From: Candidatus Krumholzibacteriia bacterium
Lineage (GTDB): Bacteria; Krumholzibacteriota; Krumholzibacteriia; LZORAL124-64-63
NCBI GenBank assembly: GCA_050174015.1
Contig: JBFXKG010000012.1
Coordinates: 44,622 to 108,621, forward strand
Direction of reading: 5' to 3'
DNA length: 64,000 bases
A program made the position numbers and the translations under genes. Under the pieces are notes generated by a model that was given only the letters and a program-made list of their open reading frames with translations, did no database searches and was not told the origin of the DNA. Shown here in pieces: positions 44,801 to 53,761 of the stretch (its first letter is position 1; every line of letters begins with the position of its first letter).

Positions 44801-45582
44801 CGGATCAGGTACTCCACCCGGTTGATCTCCATGGTGCGGGCGCCGACGTCGAGGTTGGACCGGCGCACCGCCTGGAAGACCTGGTCCAGTCCGACGCCCG
44901 CCGCCAGCAGGGCGCCGGGATCCACGTCGATCTGGTATTCGCGCACGAATCCGCCCACCGAGGCCACCTCGGCCACGCCTTCGGCCGCAGCCAGGCCGTA
45001 CCGGACGTACCAGTCCTGGATGGACCGCAGCTCATCGAGATCCCAGCCCCCGGCGGGGTTCCCCTGAGGATCGCGCCCCTCGAGGGTGTACCAGAAGATC
45101 TGGCCCAGTGCGGTGGCGTCTGGCCCGAGGGCGGGCTGCACATCCGGAGGCAGGGTGCCCGGAGGCAGGCTACCCAGCTTCTCGATGATGCGGGTGCGCG
45201 AGTCGTAGAAGTCGGCCCGCTCGTCGAAGATGACGTAGATGGTCGAGAACCCGAAGTAGGAATAGCTGCGGATGGTCTTGACGTCCGGCAGCCCCAGCAG
45301 GGCCACGGTCAGGGGGTAGGTGACCTGGTCCTCCATGTCCTGGGGCGACCGGCCCATCCACTCGGTGAAGACGATCTGCTGGTTCTCGCCCAGGTCGGGA
45401 ATGGCATCGACGGCGACCGGGTCCCGGGGCAGGCCACCCAGGTGCCAGTCGAAGGGGGCGACCATCAGGCCGTAGCCGACGATCAGCAGGACCAGCAATC
45501 CGACCACCAGCTTGTTGTCCAGGCAGAAGGCCAGGACGGATTCGATCCAGGCGGGTCCGGCTCCTCTTTCCAGGGGTTTCAC
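41890..45582 (-). CDS. cusA: CusA/CzcA heavy-metal RND permease
   Basis: DAIPDLGENQQIV, IAIGTMVD, EFMPPLDEGS, GIASDDGV, RIRPAMMT, IMVPMAIP. Confidence 0.95.
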   Translation of the reverse strand: MKPLERGAGPAWIESVLAFCLDNKLVVGLLVLLIVGYGLMVAPFDWHLGGLPRDPVAVDAIPDLGENQQIVFTEWMGRSPQDMEDQVTYPLTVALLGLPDVKTIRSYSYFGFSTIYVIFDERADFYDSRTRIIEKLGSLPPGTLPPDVQPALGPDATALGQIFWYTLEGRDPQGNPAGGWDLDELRSIQDWYVRYGLAAAEGVAEVASVGGFVREYQIDVDPGALLAAGVGLDQVFQAVRRSNLDVGARTMEINRVEYLIRGVGFVKSVDDLAAAVITVRDNVPITVGDVATVGLGPAARRGALDKEGAEAVGGVVVVRYGENPLEAIKNVKAKIAEISGGLPRKTLPDGTESRVTIVPFYDRSGLIGETLGTLRDALTQQILVTIIVVLVMVMNLRSSLLVAGLLPLAVLMSFIGMKFFGVDANIVALSGIAIAIGTMVDMGVILVENIMRRIEEADPRTSRRQIIFTAASEVGGAVVTAVMTTIISFLPVFTMVAAEGKLFKPLAYTKTFALFASIIVALTIIPPAAHLLFGRKGTRPRLAVPDRIARRATWTVNILAALAVGIVLARQWLPLGPGRGLLLNTLFVALLLGGLLLVFLGFIRFYRPVLGWCLDHKAAFLAMPLFLVVFGLCIWLGFERTFTWIPGIHDDASTASGRFWSGPRHALPGLGKEFMPPLDEGSFLFMPTTMPHASIGEALDVLQKLDLAIRAIPEVDSVVGKLGRVDSPLDPAPVSMIETVINYVPEYRTDDSGRRLRFRFDEEKGEFARDSRGELVPDRRGRVYRQWRDEIRTPDDIWDEIVRATRLPGTTSAPRLQPIEARLVMLQSGMRAPMGVKVKGPDLETIEQVGMQIERFLKQVPGVEPAAVIADRIVGKPYLEIRIDRQAIARYGLTIGKVQDVIETAVGGKPLTMTVEGRERYPVRVRYARELRDNPEDLTRILVPTPTGAQIPLGQLAVVEYVRGPQAIKSEDTFLLGYVLFDKQPGRAEVDVVRAAQAYLEDRIAEGEFVIPAGVSYSFAGSYENQVRSEKKLMVVLPLALFLIFLILYFQFRSVLTTAMVFSGIFVAWSGGFLMIWLYGQPWFLDAGFLGVDLRELFQVDAINLSVAIWVGFIALFGIASDDGVVMATYLDQAFRGVRARSRREVRDLVLDGAERRIRPAMMTTATTVLALLPVLTSTGRGSDIMVPMAIPSFGGMTIAMLTVLVVPVLYCWRREVALGRTEDPGETGP

Positions 45583-45585
45583 GGG

Positions 45586-47454
45586 TCACCTCCGCTCTTC
45601 GGCGGCAGCGGTCCCGAGAGAGTCGGTCTGCAGGCCGCACCGCAGCATGGCCGCCCCGAAGTAGGGGTTGGCGGTCGTGGGATCCAGCTGCAGCCAGTCC
45701 CCGCCCTGGTTCCCGTAGGCCATGGGACAGTTGAAGCGCCGGACGGTTTCCCGGTATTCGACCTGGTAGCGCTCCAGCACGCGCCACAGGGCGAGGGTGA
45801 GATCCTGGAGAGGCCTGCGCCGGGAATCGATGTCCTCCGCGGCCGTCATGGCCGCCAGGGGCCCGGCCAGATCGGCGGCATCCCGGGTCCACGCCCGGGC
45901 GGCCTCGCCTCCCGGATCACCGGGAACGGCCTCCAGCGCGCGATGCAGGGAGCCGACGGCTGCGGCGGCTGCGCCGTCGGCGTCGGCGGCCAGGGCGGCG
46001 GTGAGCTCGAGGTAGGCGTCGAGGACCGGGACCAGCGCTGCGCGGAAGGCCCGGGGGGCGGGGACCGGCCCGGTGTCAGGCTCCGTGGGCGCGGGGGGCA
46101 TGGATGCGCCGTCACCGTGGTGGTGGGCCGGCGGGGCTCCGCCCCCCAGGGGGCTCATCATGCTCGGCTTGGCCTGGATCTGCAGGGCGCTGTCGATCTT
46201 GAACGCGCCGTTGGTGACCACCAGTTCCCCTTCCTCGAGGCCCTCGGCCACGATGAACCCCTCTGCGGTGCGGGGACCCAGGACGATTTCCCGTCCCTCG
46301 AAGGCCGGCTTGTCGTGATGGGGAAGACGAACGTAGACCACGGCGCGCTTGCCGGTGCGCAAGGGGGCGCTCGCCGGGATGACCAGGGGCCGGTCCGCCT
46401 CGGCCGGAGACCCGGCCCGGACGACCGCCCCGGCCAGCATGCCCGGTTTGAGCAACCGTTCCGCGTTGTCCACGCTCAGCCGGACTTCGGCGGTGCGGGT
46501 CTTCTCATCCACCACCGGGTCGATGAAGACCACCGATCCGGCGAAGGCGTGGCCGGGGACGGCCGAGACGGTGAAATCGACGTCCTGGCCGGTCCGCAGC
46601 CAGGGCAGGTCCTGCTCGTAGGCGTCCAGGACGACCCAGACCCTGGACAGGTCGGTCACCGTGTAGAGGGGGGTTCCGGTCTGGACGTAGGCGCCCATGG
46701 TGGCGTTCCGGTGGGTGACCACCCCGGCGATGGGGGCCTCGATGCGCAGGTGGGTCGCCGGCGTTTCCTGCCCGGCGATGCGGTCCACCTGCTCGGGCGA
46801 CAGCCCCCACAGCAGCAGGCGTCGGCGGGCCGCCTCCAGGGCGGTGGCGGCCGACGCCCGCACGGGCTCGCCGGCTGCGGCGAGGGACTCGACGTTCCTG
46901 CGGGCCGCGATCAGCTCGGTCTGGCCCGCGTAGAGGTCGGGGCTGTAGAGGGACAGGAGGGGTTGTCCCCGGGAGACTTCGGCCCCGGTGTAGTCCACGA
47001 ACAGGGTGTCGATGCGCCCGGCGATGCGGGCGGCGATGGTGCGGGTCCGGGTCTCGTCCGCCTGCACCTTGCCGATCAGGCGGACGGTGGTGCCGGCCGA
47101 GGCGCGCGTCACCGCCGTCGTCCGGATCTCCGCCAGGGCGGCCGCGCCTTCGGAGAGCTCGAGGGTGCGGGGCCCCAGGTCGTCGTCGCCGCCGTTTTCC
47201 AGGGGGATCAGATCCATGAAGCAGATGGGGCACTTGCCCTTTTCCGGCAGCTGGATCTGGGGGTGCATGGAACACGTCCAGACTTCCGGGGCGGAGGCGC
47301 CGTCCGGTCGACCGGCCTCCCGGTGCCCGGCGTGGGGGTCGGTGGCGGGGGAGTCCCCGGCCGTGCGTCCGCCCAGCATGAAGGCCAGGACCGCCACCAC
47401 GGCGATCAGGGCGGCCAGGCCCGGGGTCCGGAGGTTGAAGGTCCGCTTGGGCAT
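45586..47454 (-). CDS. cusB: CusB-type membrane fusion protein with a heavy-metal-binding domain and a DUF3347-like C-terminus
   Basis: WTCSMHPQI...CPICFMDL, LKPGML, CPMA...NPYFGAAMLRCG. Confidence 0.92.
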   Translation of the reverse strand: MPKRTFNLRTPGLAALIAVVAVLAFMLGGRTAGDSPATDPHAGHREAGRPDGASAPEVWTCSMHPQIQLPEKGKCPICFMDLIPLENGGDDDLGPRTLELSEGAAALAEIRTTAVTRASAGTTVRLIGKVQADETRTRTIAARIAGRIDTLFVDYTGAEVSRGQPLLSLYSPDLYAGQTELIAARRNVESLAAAGEPVRASAATALEAARRRLLLWGLSPEQVDRIAGQETPATHLRIEAPIAGVVTHRNATMGAYVQTGTPLYTVTDLSRVWVVLDAYEQDLPWLRTGQDVDFTVSAVPGHAFAGSVVFIDPVVDEKTRTAEVRLSVDNAERLLKPGMLAGAVVRAGSPAEADRPLVIPASAPLRTGKRAVVYVRLPHHDKPAFEGREIVLGPRTAEGFIVAEGLEEGELVVTNGAFKIDSALQIQAKPSMMSPLGGGAPPAHHHGDGASMPPAPTEPDTGPVPAPRAFRAALVPVLDAYLELTAALAADADGAAAAAVGSLHRALEAVPGDPGGEAARAWTRDAADLAGPLAAMTAAEDIDSRRRPLQDLTLALWRVLERYQVEYRETVRRFNCPMAYGNQGGDWLQLDPTTANPYFGAAMLRCGLQTDSLGTAAAEERR

Positions 47455-47455
47455 G

Positions 47456-48823
47456 TCATTCGCCTTTCAGGTTCGAATCCGCAGGCCCGACGAGGGGACC
47501 GGCGATCAGGCCCTCGATCCGGGCCCGGTGGACGTTCAGGTCGGCGGCCGCCCTGGCCCGCGCCCGCTCGAAGGAGAGCAGGTCGCGCTGGGCCTCGATC
47601 AGGTCGAGGTAGCCGGTCCGTCCGGCCTCGTAAGCGGAACGGGTCACCGCGAGCGCCTGCCTGGCCAGCGGCAGAAGCGTCGAATCGTGGAGCTCCAGGC
47701 TGCGGCGGGCGTTCCGGTAGGAGGCGAGTTCCCGTTCCAGGTCCCGCTGCAGATCCAGCAGCACGGCCTGCCGCCGGGCGGCCGCGCCCTGGAGGTTCCC
47801 GGCGGCTTCCCGCCGGGCGGCATCCACCTTGCCGCGCCACAGGGGCAGGGTCATGCCGAAGGCCACGCCGAAGGCGTCGCGGCCGTTGTCCGCATCCATG
47901 GATTCCGGGCGGGGGTCGACCTGGAGGTATTGCAGACCCAGGGTGAAGCCGGGCAGGCCCTGCTTCGCGGCCAGTGTCCCGGCCGACCGGAATCCGTCCA
48001 TCCTGCTCGACCAGATCCGGAGCTGGGGATTCGAGGCCGCCAACCGCGAGGTCAGGTCGAAGGTTGCGGTTTCCGCGACGGCGGCGGCCCCGGAGAAGGC
48101 ATGCGGATGGTCGCGGGGATCGACCGGGATTCCCACCGCCGCCTCGAGGGCCGCCAGGAGGGCGGGACGCCGGTCCTCGAGGGAAGCCAGGTCGTTGGCC
48201 AACGTGCCCAGTTCCTTCTGGATCTTCAGGACGTCGGCCAGCCCCGTCTGCCCGGCTGCGAACCGGGCCTGGGCCACGGCGTCGAGGTCGGCGACGAGGC
48301 GCTGGTGGTCCCGGATGATGGCCATGGCGGTGTCGAGATAGGCGAGTTCGTGGTAGGTCTCCCGGGTGCGCGTCAGGATGCCGAGAGCGACCAGGTCCCG
48401 TTCCGCGCGGGCGCCGGCGACCGCTGCCCGTTTCATGTCGGCCATGGCGCCGAGGGTGCCGAACCAGGGAAAAGACTGGCTGAGGGTCACCGCACGGACC
48501 TGGGGGCCCAGCCTGGTCTCGATGGGTTGCAGGTTCTCGCTGTACCCCAGGCGGGGATCGGGGAGACTGCCGGCCGCTTCCGCCGCTGCCCTTGCCGCGG
48601 CCAGCCGGGACTCGGCTGCCGCCAGCTCGGGGTTGCGGTCCAGGGCCAGGGCGAGCAGCTCGCGGGGAACCCCGTCCTCGCTGCCGCCGGCCTCGTCCGG
48701 GCCCAGGAAGGAATCGAGAAAGCGGCCGGAGGTCTCCAGCGGGGAATCGGCGTTCCCCGGGGCCGCGCCGGCCCAGAGGACCATCCCCAGGAAACCGATC
48801 ATGATGTTTAGCCGGAATTTCAT
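47456..48823 (-). CDS. TolC/CusC outer-membrane efflux protein
   Basis: Signal peptide, RNPEL, LPDP, TLPLWRGK, YEAG...YLDLIEAQ. Confidence 0.9.
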   Translation of the reverse strand: MKFRLNIMIGFLGMVLWAGAAPGNADSPLETSGRFLDSFLGPDEAGGSEDGVPRELLALALDRNPELAAAESRLAAARAAAEAAGSLPDPRLGYSENLQPIETRLGPQVRAVTLSQSFPWFGTLGAMADMKRAAVAGARAERDLVALGILTRTRETYHELAYLDTAMAIIRDHQRLVADLDAVAQARFAAGQTGLADVLKIQKELGTLANDLASLEDRRPALLAALEAAVGIPVDPRDHPHAFSGAAAVAETATFDLTSRLAASNPQLRIWSSRMDGFRSAGTLAAKQGLPGFTLGLQYLQVDPRPESMDADNGRDAFGVAFGMTLPLWRGKVDAARREAAGNLQGAAARRQAVLLDLQRDLERELASYRNARRSLELHDSTLLPLARQALAVTRSAYEAGRTGYLDLIEAQRDLLSFERARARAAADLNVHRARIEGLIAGPLVGPADSNLKGE

Positions 48824-48873
48824 GCCCTTGACGGTCCTTGGCGAAGGTCCACGTTCGTTCGCTTCAAGTGCAT

Positions 48874-48889
48874 TGCAGGGCCCGTGCCA
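48874..48889 (-). promoter_or_regulatory. Sigma54 -24/-12 promoter of the cus operon
   Basis: Minus strand reads TGGCACG-GGCC-CTGCA, with GG-N10-GC spacing, 51 nt upstream of the tolC ATG. Confidence 0.85.
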
Positions 48890-48957
48890 TGGCCCTGGGC
48901 GTAAAAACCGTTGCGGAACAAGGAATTATGGGTATTCTGGGGGGTGATCGACTCCTG

Positions 48958-49000
48958 GCTGGAGAATATTCTCCAGCAATATCGGAGAATTTTCTCCAGC
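48958..49000. promoter_or_regulatory. Tandem palindromic enhancer (bEBP binding) sites
   Basis: Perfect 20-bp palindrome GCTGGAGAATATTCTCCAGC and a second copy GGAGAATTTTCTCC starting 23 bp after the first core. Confidence 0.75.
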
Positions 49001-49043
49001 TTCGTTCCGAGGCCCGCGCAGGTTGCCCGCAAAGGATGCCCAC

Positions 49044-49796
49044 ATGGAATTGATCTCCTGGAACGTCAACGGTTTGCGTTCGTGCATCGCCGGAGGCTTC
49101 GAATCGTTCGTGGCGGAATGCGGGGCGGACGTCATCTGTCTGCAGGAGGTCCGGGCGTTGCCCGAGCAGGTCCGCCCGGAGGTTCCGGGATATTCCATGT
49201 TCTGGAACCCGGCCCTGAAGCGGGGCTACAGCGGGACGGCGATCCTCACCCGGACCGCGCCGCTGGCGGTGTTCCCCGGCCTGGGCATCGCCGACCACGA
49301 CACCGAGGGCCGGGTCCTGACCGCCGAGTTCGCCGATTTCTTCGTCGTGACGGTCTACACCCCCAACGTCCAGCGGGAACTGACGCGACTGGAATACCGG
49401 GACCGGCGGTGGGATCCGGATTTCCTGAAGTTCCTCAAGAACCTCGAGAAGACCAAGCCCGTGGTCTTCTGCGGGGACCTCAACGTGTCCCACCGGGAGA
49501 TCGACCTGGCCAATCCCCGCGCCAACCGGGGCAACGCCGGGTTCACCGACGAGGAACGCGCGGGTTTCGACCGCCTGCTGCAGGCCGGCTTCATCGACAC
49601 CTTCCGCGAGTTCGAACCGGGCGGGGGCCATTACACCTGGTGGAGCAACCGCAAGGGGGTCCGGGAGCGGAACGTCGGCTGGCGGATCGATTACTTCCTG
49701 ATCTCCTCGAGCCTCCGGCCCCGTCTGCGGGGGGCCGGCATCCTGCCTCATGTCATGGGTTCGGACCACTGTCCCATCACTCTCTCCCTGGAATAG
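49044..49796 (+). CDS. xth: Exodeoxyribonuclease III / AP endonuclease
   Basis: ISWNVNGLR, CLQEV, EGRV, VYTPN, GDLNVSH, YTWWS, GWRIDY, GSDHCP. Confidence 0.95.
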   Translation: MELISWNVNGLRSCIAGGFESFVAECGADVICLQEVRALPEQVRPEVPGYSMFWNPALKRGYSGTAILTRTAPLAVFPGLGIADHDTEGRVLTAEFADFFVVTVYTPNVQRELTRLEYRDRRWDPDFLKFLKNLEKTKPVVFCGDLNVSHREIDLANPRANRGNAGFTDEERAGFDRLLQAGFIDTFREFEPGGGHYTWWSNRKGVRERNVGWRIDYFLISSSLRPRLRGAGILPHVMGSDHCPITLSLE

Positions 49797-49876
49797 CCCG
49801 GAAATACCGGGATGAACCAGGGAAAGCCCAGGTCGCCCGGGGCGCGCCGGGCGGTTCGCCCGGCCCCGCCGGGGAT

Positions 49877-49892
49877 CGGCACCCCCCTTGCA
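49877..49892 (+). promoter_or_regulatory. Sigma54 -24/-12 promoter upstream of the LysM-DUF4015 gene
   Basis: CGGCAC-CCCCC-TTGCA, with GG-N10-GC spacing, about 70 nt before the start. Confidence 0.65.
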
Positions 49893-49960
49893 ATGACCGC
49901 CGTGAAGTCCGGTTCCACCGATCACGATGCACATTCCAGGGGGAGGATGGGGTGGGAGCC

Positions 49961-51268
49961 ATGCAGTTTGCCCGAATCGTCGCCCTGCCCTTGATCCTGT
50001 CGGCGGCAGCCTTCCTGCCGACGCTGCAGGCGCCCCGCGCCCTGGCCGGCATCGTCGCCGCCGGCGCGGACACCCTCGCCTACAAGGTCGAACCCGGCGA
50101 CACGATCCTGGGCATCTGCGCCGAGGTCCGGGACCGGACCGGCCACTACGCGCTCGAGGACCTGCGAGAGGACATCCGCCGGATCAACGGGCTCCGGAAC
50201 CACCACCTGTCCGTGGGCCAAATCCTGGCCATCCCCGTGGCCGGTCCCGACCCGGGGCCCCGGGTGGCCCTCCCCGTCGCCAGCGGGGCCGAGCCCAGGG
50301 GCATCTACATCTCCGGACCGGCGGCCGGGGTGTCGACCGTGCTCCAGCGGATCGACAGGTTCGTCGAGGCCGGCGGCAACGCCGTGGTCCTCGATGCCAA
50401 GGACATCGACGGCATCCTCACCTACCGGTCGGCCGCGGCGGGGCCCAGGACGGGCCCGGGCCCGTACGTCCCGTCCCTGCCCCGATTGCTGGACCGGCTG
50501 GGCGCGCAGGACCTCTACCGCATCGCCCGCCTCGCCGTGTTCCTGGACGGGAACCTGGGCGCCCGGCGTCCGGACCTGGCCCTGGCGGACCCTGATGGGG
50601 AGGCCTGGCGAGAACGAGGCTGCGTCTGGATGGACCCGGCCGATCCGGAAGTGCGCGGTTACAATCTCGCCCTGATCGCGGAACTGGCCCGGGCGGGATT
50701 CGAGGAGATCCAGCTGGACTACATCCGCTATCCCACCAACGGTTGGAAGGGGGACTGGACCGGGACCCTCGAAGGGACGGCTGCGGCGCGGCGGGCCCAA
50801 ATCGGCAGCTTCGTGGCGGCGGCCAGGGACACGGCGGCGCGCTACGGGAGTCGCCTGTCCGTGGCCCTTTTCGGCGTGATGGCCTGGGGGAGGACGGCGG
50901 ATCTGGCCCTGACCGGGCAGGACGTCCGCGAGCTGGCGGGCTGCGTGGACGTCATCTGTCCCATGGTCTATCCATCCCATTTCGGTCCGGGATTCGGCGG
51001 CTACGCGGATCCGGCGGAGAATCCCGAGGACATCGTGGGTGAGGCGGTCCTGCGGTTCCGGGAACTGGCCGGCCCGGGGACGGAGATCCGTCCGTGGCTG
51101 CAGTCCTTCCCATTCGGCGTCCGGGATTTCGGGCCGGAGTACGTGGGCCGCCAGGCGGCGGCCTCGCGCCTGTCCGGGGGGGACGGCTGGTGCTTCTGGA
51201 ACCCGGCCTGCAGGTACGAGGTCCTCGCCGACCATCTCCAGGGCAAATTCGCCATGGCATCCCCCTGA
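49961..51268 (+). CDS. Secreted LysM + DUF4015 putative glycoside hydrolase
   Basis: Signal peptide; LysM YKVEPGDTI...INGL...LSVGQILAIP; PRGIYIS, EIQLDYIRYP, PMVYPSHF, RPWLQ, WCFWNP; GTG 49952 is an alternative start. Confidence 0.82.
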   Translation: MQFARIVALPLILSAAAFLPTLQAPRALAGIVAAGADTLAYKVEPGDTILGICAEVRDRTGHYALEDLREDIRRINGLRNHHLSVGQILAIPVAGPDPGPRVALPVASGAEPRGIYISGPAAGVSTVLQRIDRFVEAGGNAVVLDAKDIDGILTYRSAAAGPRTGPGPYVPSLPRLLDRLGAQDLYRIARLAVFLDGNLGARRPDLALADPDGEAWRERGCVWMDPADPEVRGYNLALIAELARAGFEEIQLDYIRYPTNGWKGDWTGTLEGTAAARRAQIGSFVAAARDTAARYGSRLSVALFGVMAWGRTADLALTGQDVRELAGCVDVICPMVYPSHFGPGFGGYADPAENPEDIVGEAVLRFRELAGPGTEIRPWLQSFPFGVRDFGPEYVGRQAAASRLSGGDGWCFWNPACRYEVLADHLQGKFAMASP

Positions 51269-51332
51269 TCCGTAGCTTAGATTTGCGGTCAGCCAACGAG
51301 GTCACGACCGCATCCTCGCAGGGGACGAAGCC

Positions 51333-52541
51333 ATGCCATTCAGCCAGATCGCCCGATCCATCTCCGCTTCCGCCACACTGAAACTCAACGCCCAGGCGGC
51401 CAGGATGCGCGCCGCCGGCGAACCGGTCATCCATCTGGGCGGAGGTGAACCGAAGTCTCCGGCGCCCGCGTCCGCCGTCGACGCGGGTGTGGCCATGCTG
51501 AAGACCGGCGAGATCCGGTACACGCCCGCAGCGGGGACCCCGGCCATGCGCGATGCGATCATCGCCTACACGGAGCGGTACTACGGCAGGAAGGTCGACC
51601 GCGCCAACGTCATGGCCTCGGCGGGCGCCAAGCAGGCCATCATGGTGGCGATGATGGCGCTGGTCGACCCGGACGACGAGATCGTCTTCCCCGTGCCCTA
51701 CTGGGTGAGCTATCCGGACATGACCCGCCTGGCCGGAGGCAGGCCCGTTCCCGTGCGGTCGGCCGACGGCTCGCTGGAGCCTGCGGCGTCCGAGATGGAG
51801 GCCGCACTCACCGACCGCACCCGGGCGATCCTGCTCAACAGCCCCAACAACCCCTCGGGTCACGTCTATTCGGACGCCTTCATCCGGGCCATGGTGAAGC
51901 TCTGCGAGGATCGAGACATCTACCTGCTGATGGACGACATCTACCACCGCCTGGTCTTCGACGGCAGGAAGGCCCTGCACTGCTACGACTGCACCGACCG
52001 CAGCGTGGACGACGCGAAGATCGTGGTCCTCAACGGCGTGTCGAAGCAGTACGCCATGACCGGCTTCCGGATCGGCTGGGCCGTGGGGCCGCGCGAACTG
52101 ATCACGGCCATGAGCAACATCCAGTCCCACCAGTCGGGCGGTCCCTGCAGCCTGAGCCAGGTCGCCGCCGCGGCGGCCATCGAGGGTCAGCAGGGGTCGG
52201 TCGCCCGCCTGCGGGAGGAACTGGAGATCCGCCGCAACGAGCTGGTCGCGCTGCTGGGCGACGTGCCCGGAGTGAAGGTCCACGTCCCGGGGGGCACCTT
52301 CTACGGCTTCTTCGACTTCTCGGCCCACGACACCGATTCGGCCCGCCTGGCCGCCTACCTGCTGGACAAGGTGCAGGTGGTCACGGTGCCCGGCATCGAG
52401 TTCGGCCTGGACGGTTTCCTGCGCCTGAGCTTCTGCGGTCCCATCGAGGACGTGCGCGAGGGCGTGCGCCGCATCAAGTGGCTGCTGGATCCGGCCAGTC
52501 CCGCGGAACTCGCGGCGGGGGACCGGATCTTCCGCAAGTGA
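51333..52541 (+). CDS. Class I PLP-dependent aminotransferase (aspartate aminotransferase-like)
   Basis: LGGGEP, NSPNNPSG, DDIY, NGVSKQYAMTGFRIG, FLRLSF. Confidence 0.93.
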   Translation: MPFSQIARSISASATLKLNAQAARMRAAGEPVIHLGGGEPKSPAPASAVDAGVAMLKTGEIRYTPAAGTPAMRDAIIAYTERYYGRKVDRANVMASAGAKQAIMVAMMALVDPDDEIVFPVPYWVSYPDMTRLAGGRPVPVRSADGSLEPAASEMEAALTDRTRAILLNSPNNPSGHVYSDAFIRAMVKLCEDRDIYLLMDDIYHRLVFDGRKALHCYDCTDRSVDDAKIVVLNGVSKQYAMTGFRIGWAVGPRELITAMSNIQSHQSGGPCSLSQVAAAAAIEGQQGSVARLREELEIRRNELVALLGDVPGVKVHVPGGTFYGFFDFSAHDTDSARLAAYLLDKVQVVTVPGIEFGLDGFLRLSFCGPIEDVREGVRRIKWLLDPASPAELAAGDRIFRK

Positions 52542-53071
52542 GGCGCTCTCCCCGCAGCTTTTCCGGGGAGGACCTCGACCGGCTGTCCCGGCTGCACGCG
52601 GAGATCGACGGACGGGCCGCCGAGGTGGCGCGCCGGGTCGCAGGGAGCCTGGCCTGTCGCCGGGGTTGCTGCGATTGCTGCCAGGATGGTCTGACGGTCC
52701 TGGAGATCGAGGCCGCGCTGATCCTGGCGAACCGGGACGGATGGTCGGATCCCCTTTCCGGCCCGGCGGCTCCCGGCGGCTGCCCCTTCCTCGCTGCGGA
52801 CGGTTCCTGCCGTACCTACCGGTGGCGGCCCTACATCTGCCGCACCCAGGGCCTGCCCTTGCGCTGGTTGACGCAAGAGCCCCCGGGCGAGGGCCGCAGC
52901 ATCTGCCCGCTCAACGACGGCCGGACCGCCCCGTCGGGCGTGAACCTCGACGAACTCGCTGCCGGATCCATGTGGACGCTCGGGGAGTGGGAGGGCAGGT
53001 TGGCCTCGCTGCAGGCCGAAGCGTCGGGCGAGTTCGCCCTGGTCAGGATTCCTCTGCGGGACCTCTGGTAG
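52538..53071 (+). CDS. YkgJ/CxxCxxCC family cysteine-cluster protein
   Basis: CRRGCCDCC, CPFL...CRTYRWRPYICR; GTGA overlap with the aminotransferase stop. Confidence 0.8.
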   Translation: MRRSPRSFSGEDLDRLSRLHAEIDGRAAEVARRVAGSLACRRGCCDCCQDGLTVLEIEAALILANRDGWSDPLSGPAAPGGCPFLAADGSCRTYRWRPYICRTQGLPLRWLTQEPPGEGRSICPLNDGRTAPSGVNLDELAAGSMWTLGEWEGRLASLQAEASGEFALVRIPLRDLW

Positions 53072-53083
53072 GGGCGGCCGCCC

Positions 53084-53761
53084 TCAGTCGCGCTCGTCCT
53101 CGTCCTCGACCCCGTGCCTCACGATGATGCCTTCCACCGTGTAGATCGTATCCTCGGCGATGTTGGTGGCGTGATCGGCCACCCGTTCCAGGCTCTTGGC
53201 CGCCAGCAGCCAGCAATAGTGGCTCTCGGCCCGTTCCGGAGTGCGGGAAAGCTCCTGGAGCATCAACCGGGCAAGGTCGTGGTAGGCGGCGTCGACCTCG
53301 TCGTCCGCGGCAAGGACGGTGCGGGCCTTGGCGGCGTCCATCTCCATCAGGGCATCCAGGCTGTTGCGGAGCATGCGGCTGGCCATGGCGCCGAGTTCCC
53401 GGAACTTCTCCACCAGGGATGGGGGCAGGGGACTGCCGGCGAAGCACCCCTTGCCCCGGGCGATGTTTACGGCCCGGTCCCCGATCCGTTCGATGTCGTT
53501 GTTCATCTTCAGGACCGCGATCAGGTAGCGCAGATCCACCGCCACGGGCTGGTGCAGGGCCAGGATCTTCAGGCAATCCTCCTCGACCTCCACCTCCAGC
53601 AGATCGATCTCCCGGTCCCTGCGCCGCACTTCCCGGGCCAGTTCGGTGTCCCCGTCGCAGACGGCGCGGATGGACCGTTCCAGGTTCTCCTCCACCAGGG
53701 AGCTCAGGTGGAACAGGCGCTTCTTGAGTCTGTCGATTTCCTTCTGCAGGTGGATCTTCAT
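53084..53761 (-). CDS. phoU: Phosphate signalling protein PhoU
   Basis: HQPVAVDLR, DIERIGD, DDEVD, LERVADHATNIAE. Confidence 0.95.
   Translation of the reverse strand: MKIHLQKEIDRLKKRLFHLSSLVEENLERSIRAVCDGDTELAREVRRRDREIDLLEVEVEEDCLKILALHQPVAVDLRYLIAVLKMNNDIERIGDRAVNIARGKGCFAGSPLPPSLVEKFRELGAMASRMLRNSLDALMEMDAAKARTVLAADDEVDAAYHDLARLMLQELSRTPERAESHYCWLLAAKSLERVADHATNIAEDTIYTVEGIIVRHGVEDEDERD

Noticed and set aside
47470-47480. GGTTCGAATCC, a tRNA T-loop-like motif
   Set aside because: Lies in the tolC C-terminal codons on the minus strand; no cloverleaf around it
41866-47946. 2026-aa plus-strand ORF (also 32810-36745 minus, 56662-60195 minus, 767-2728 minus and similar)
   Set aside because: Antisense shadows of well-supported genes in high-GC DNA; no recognisable motifs
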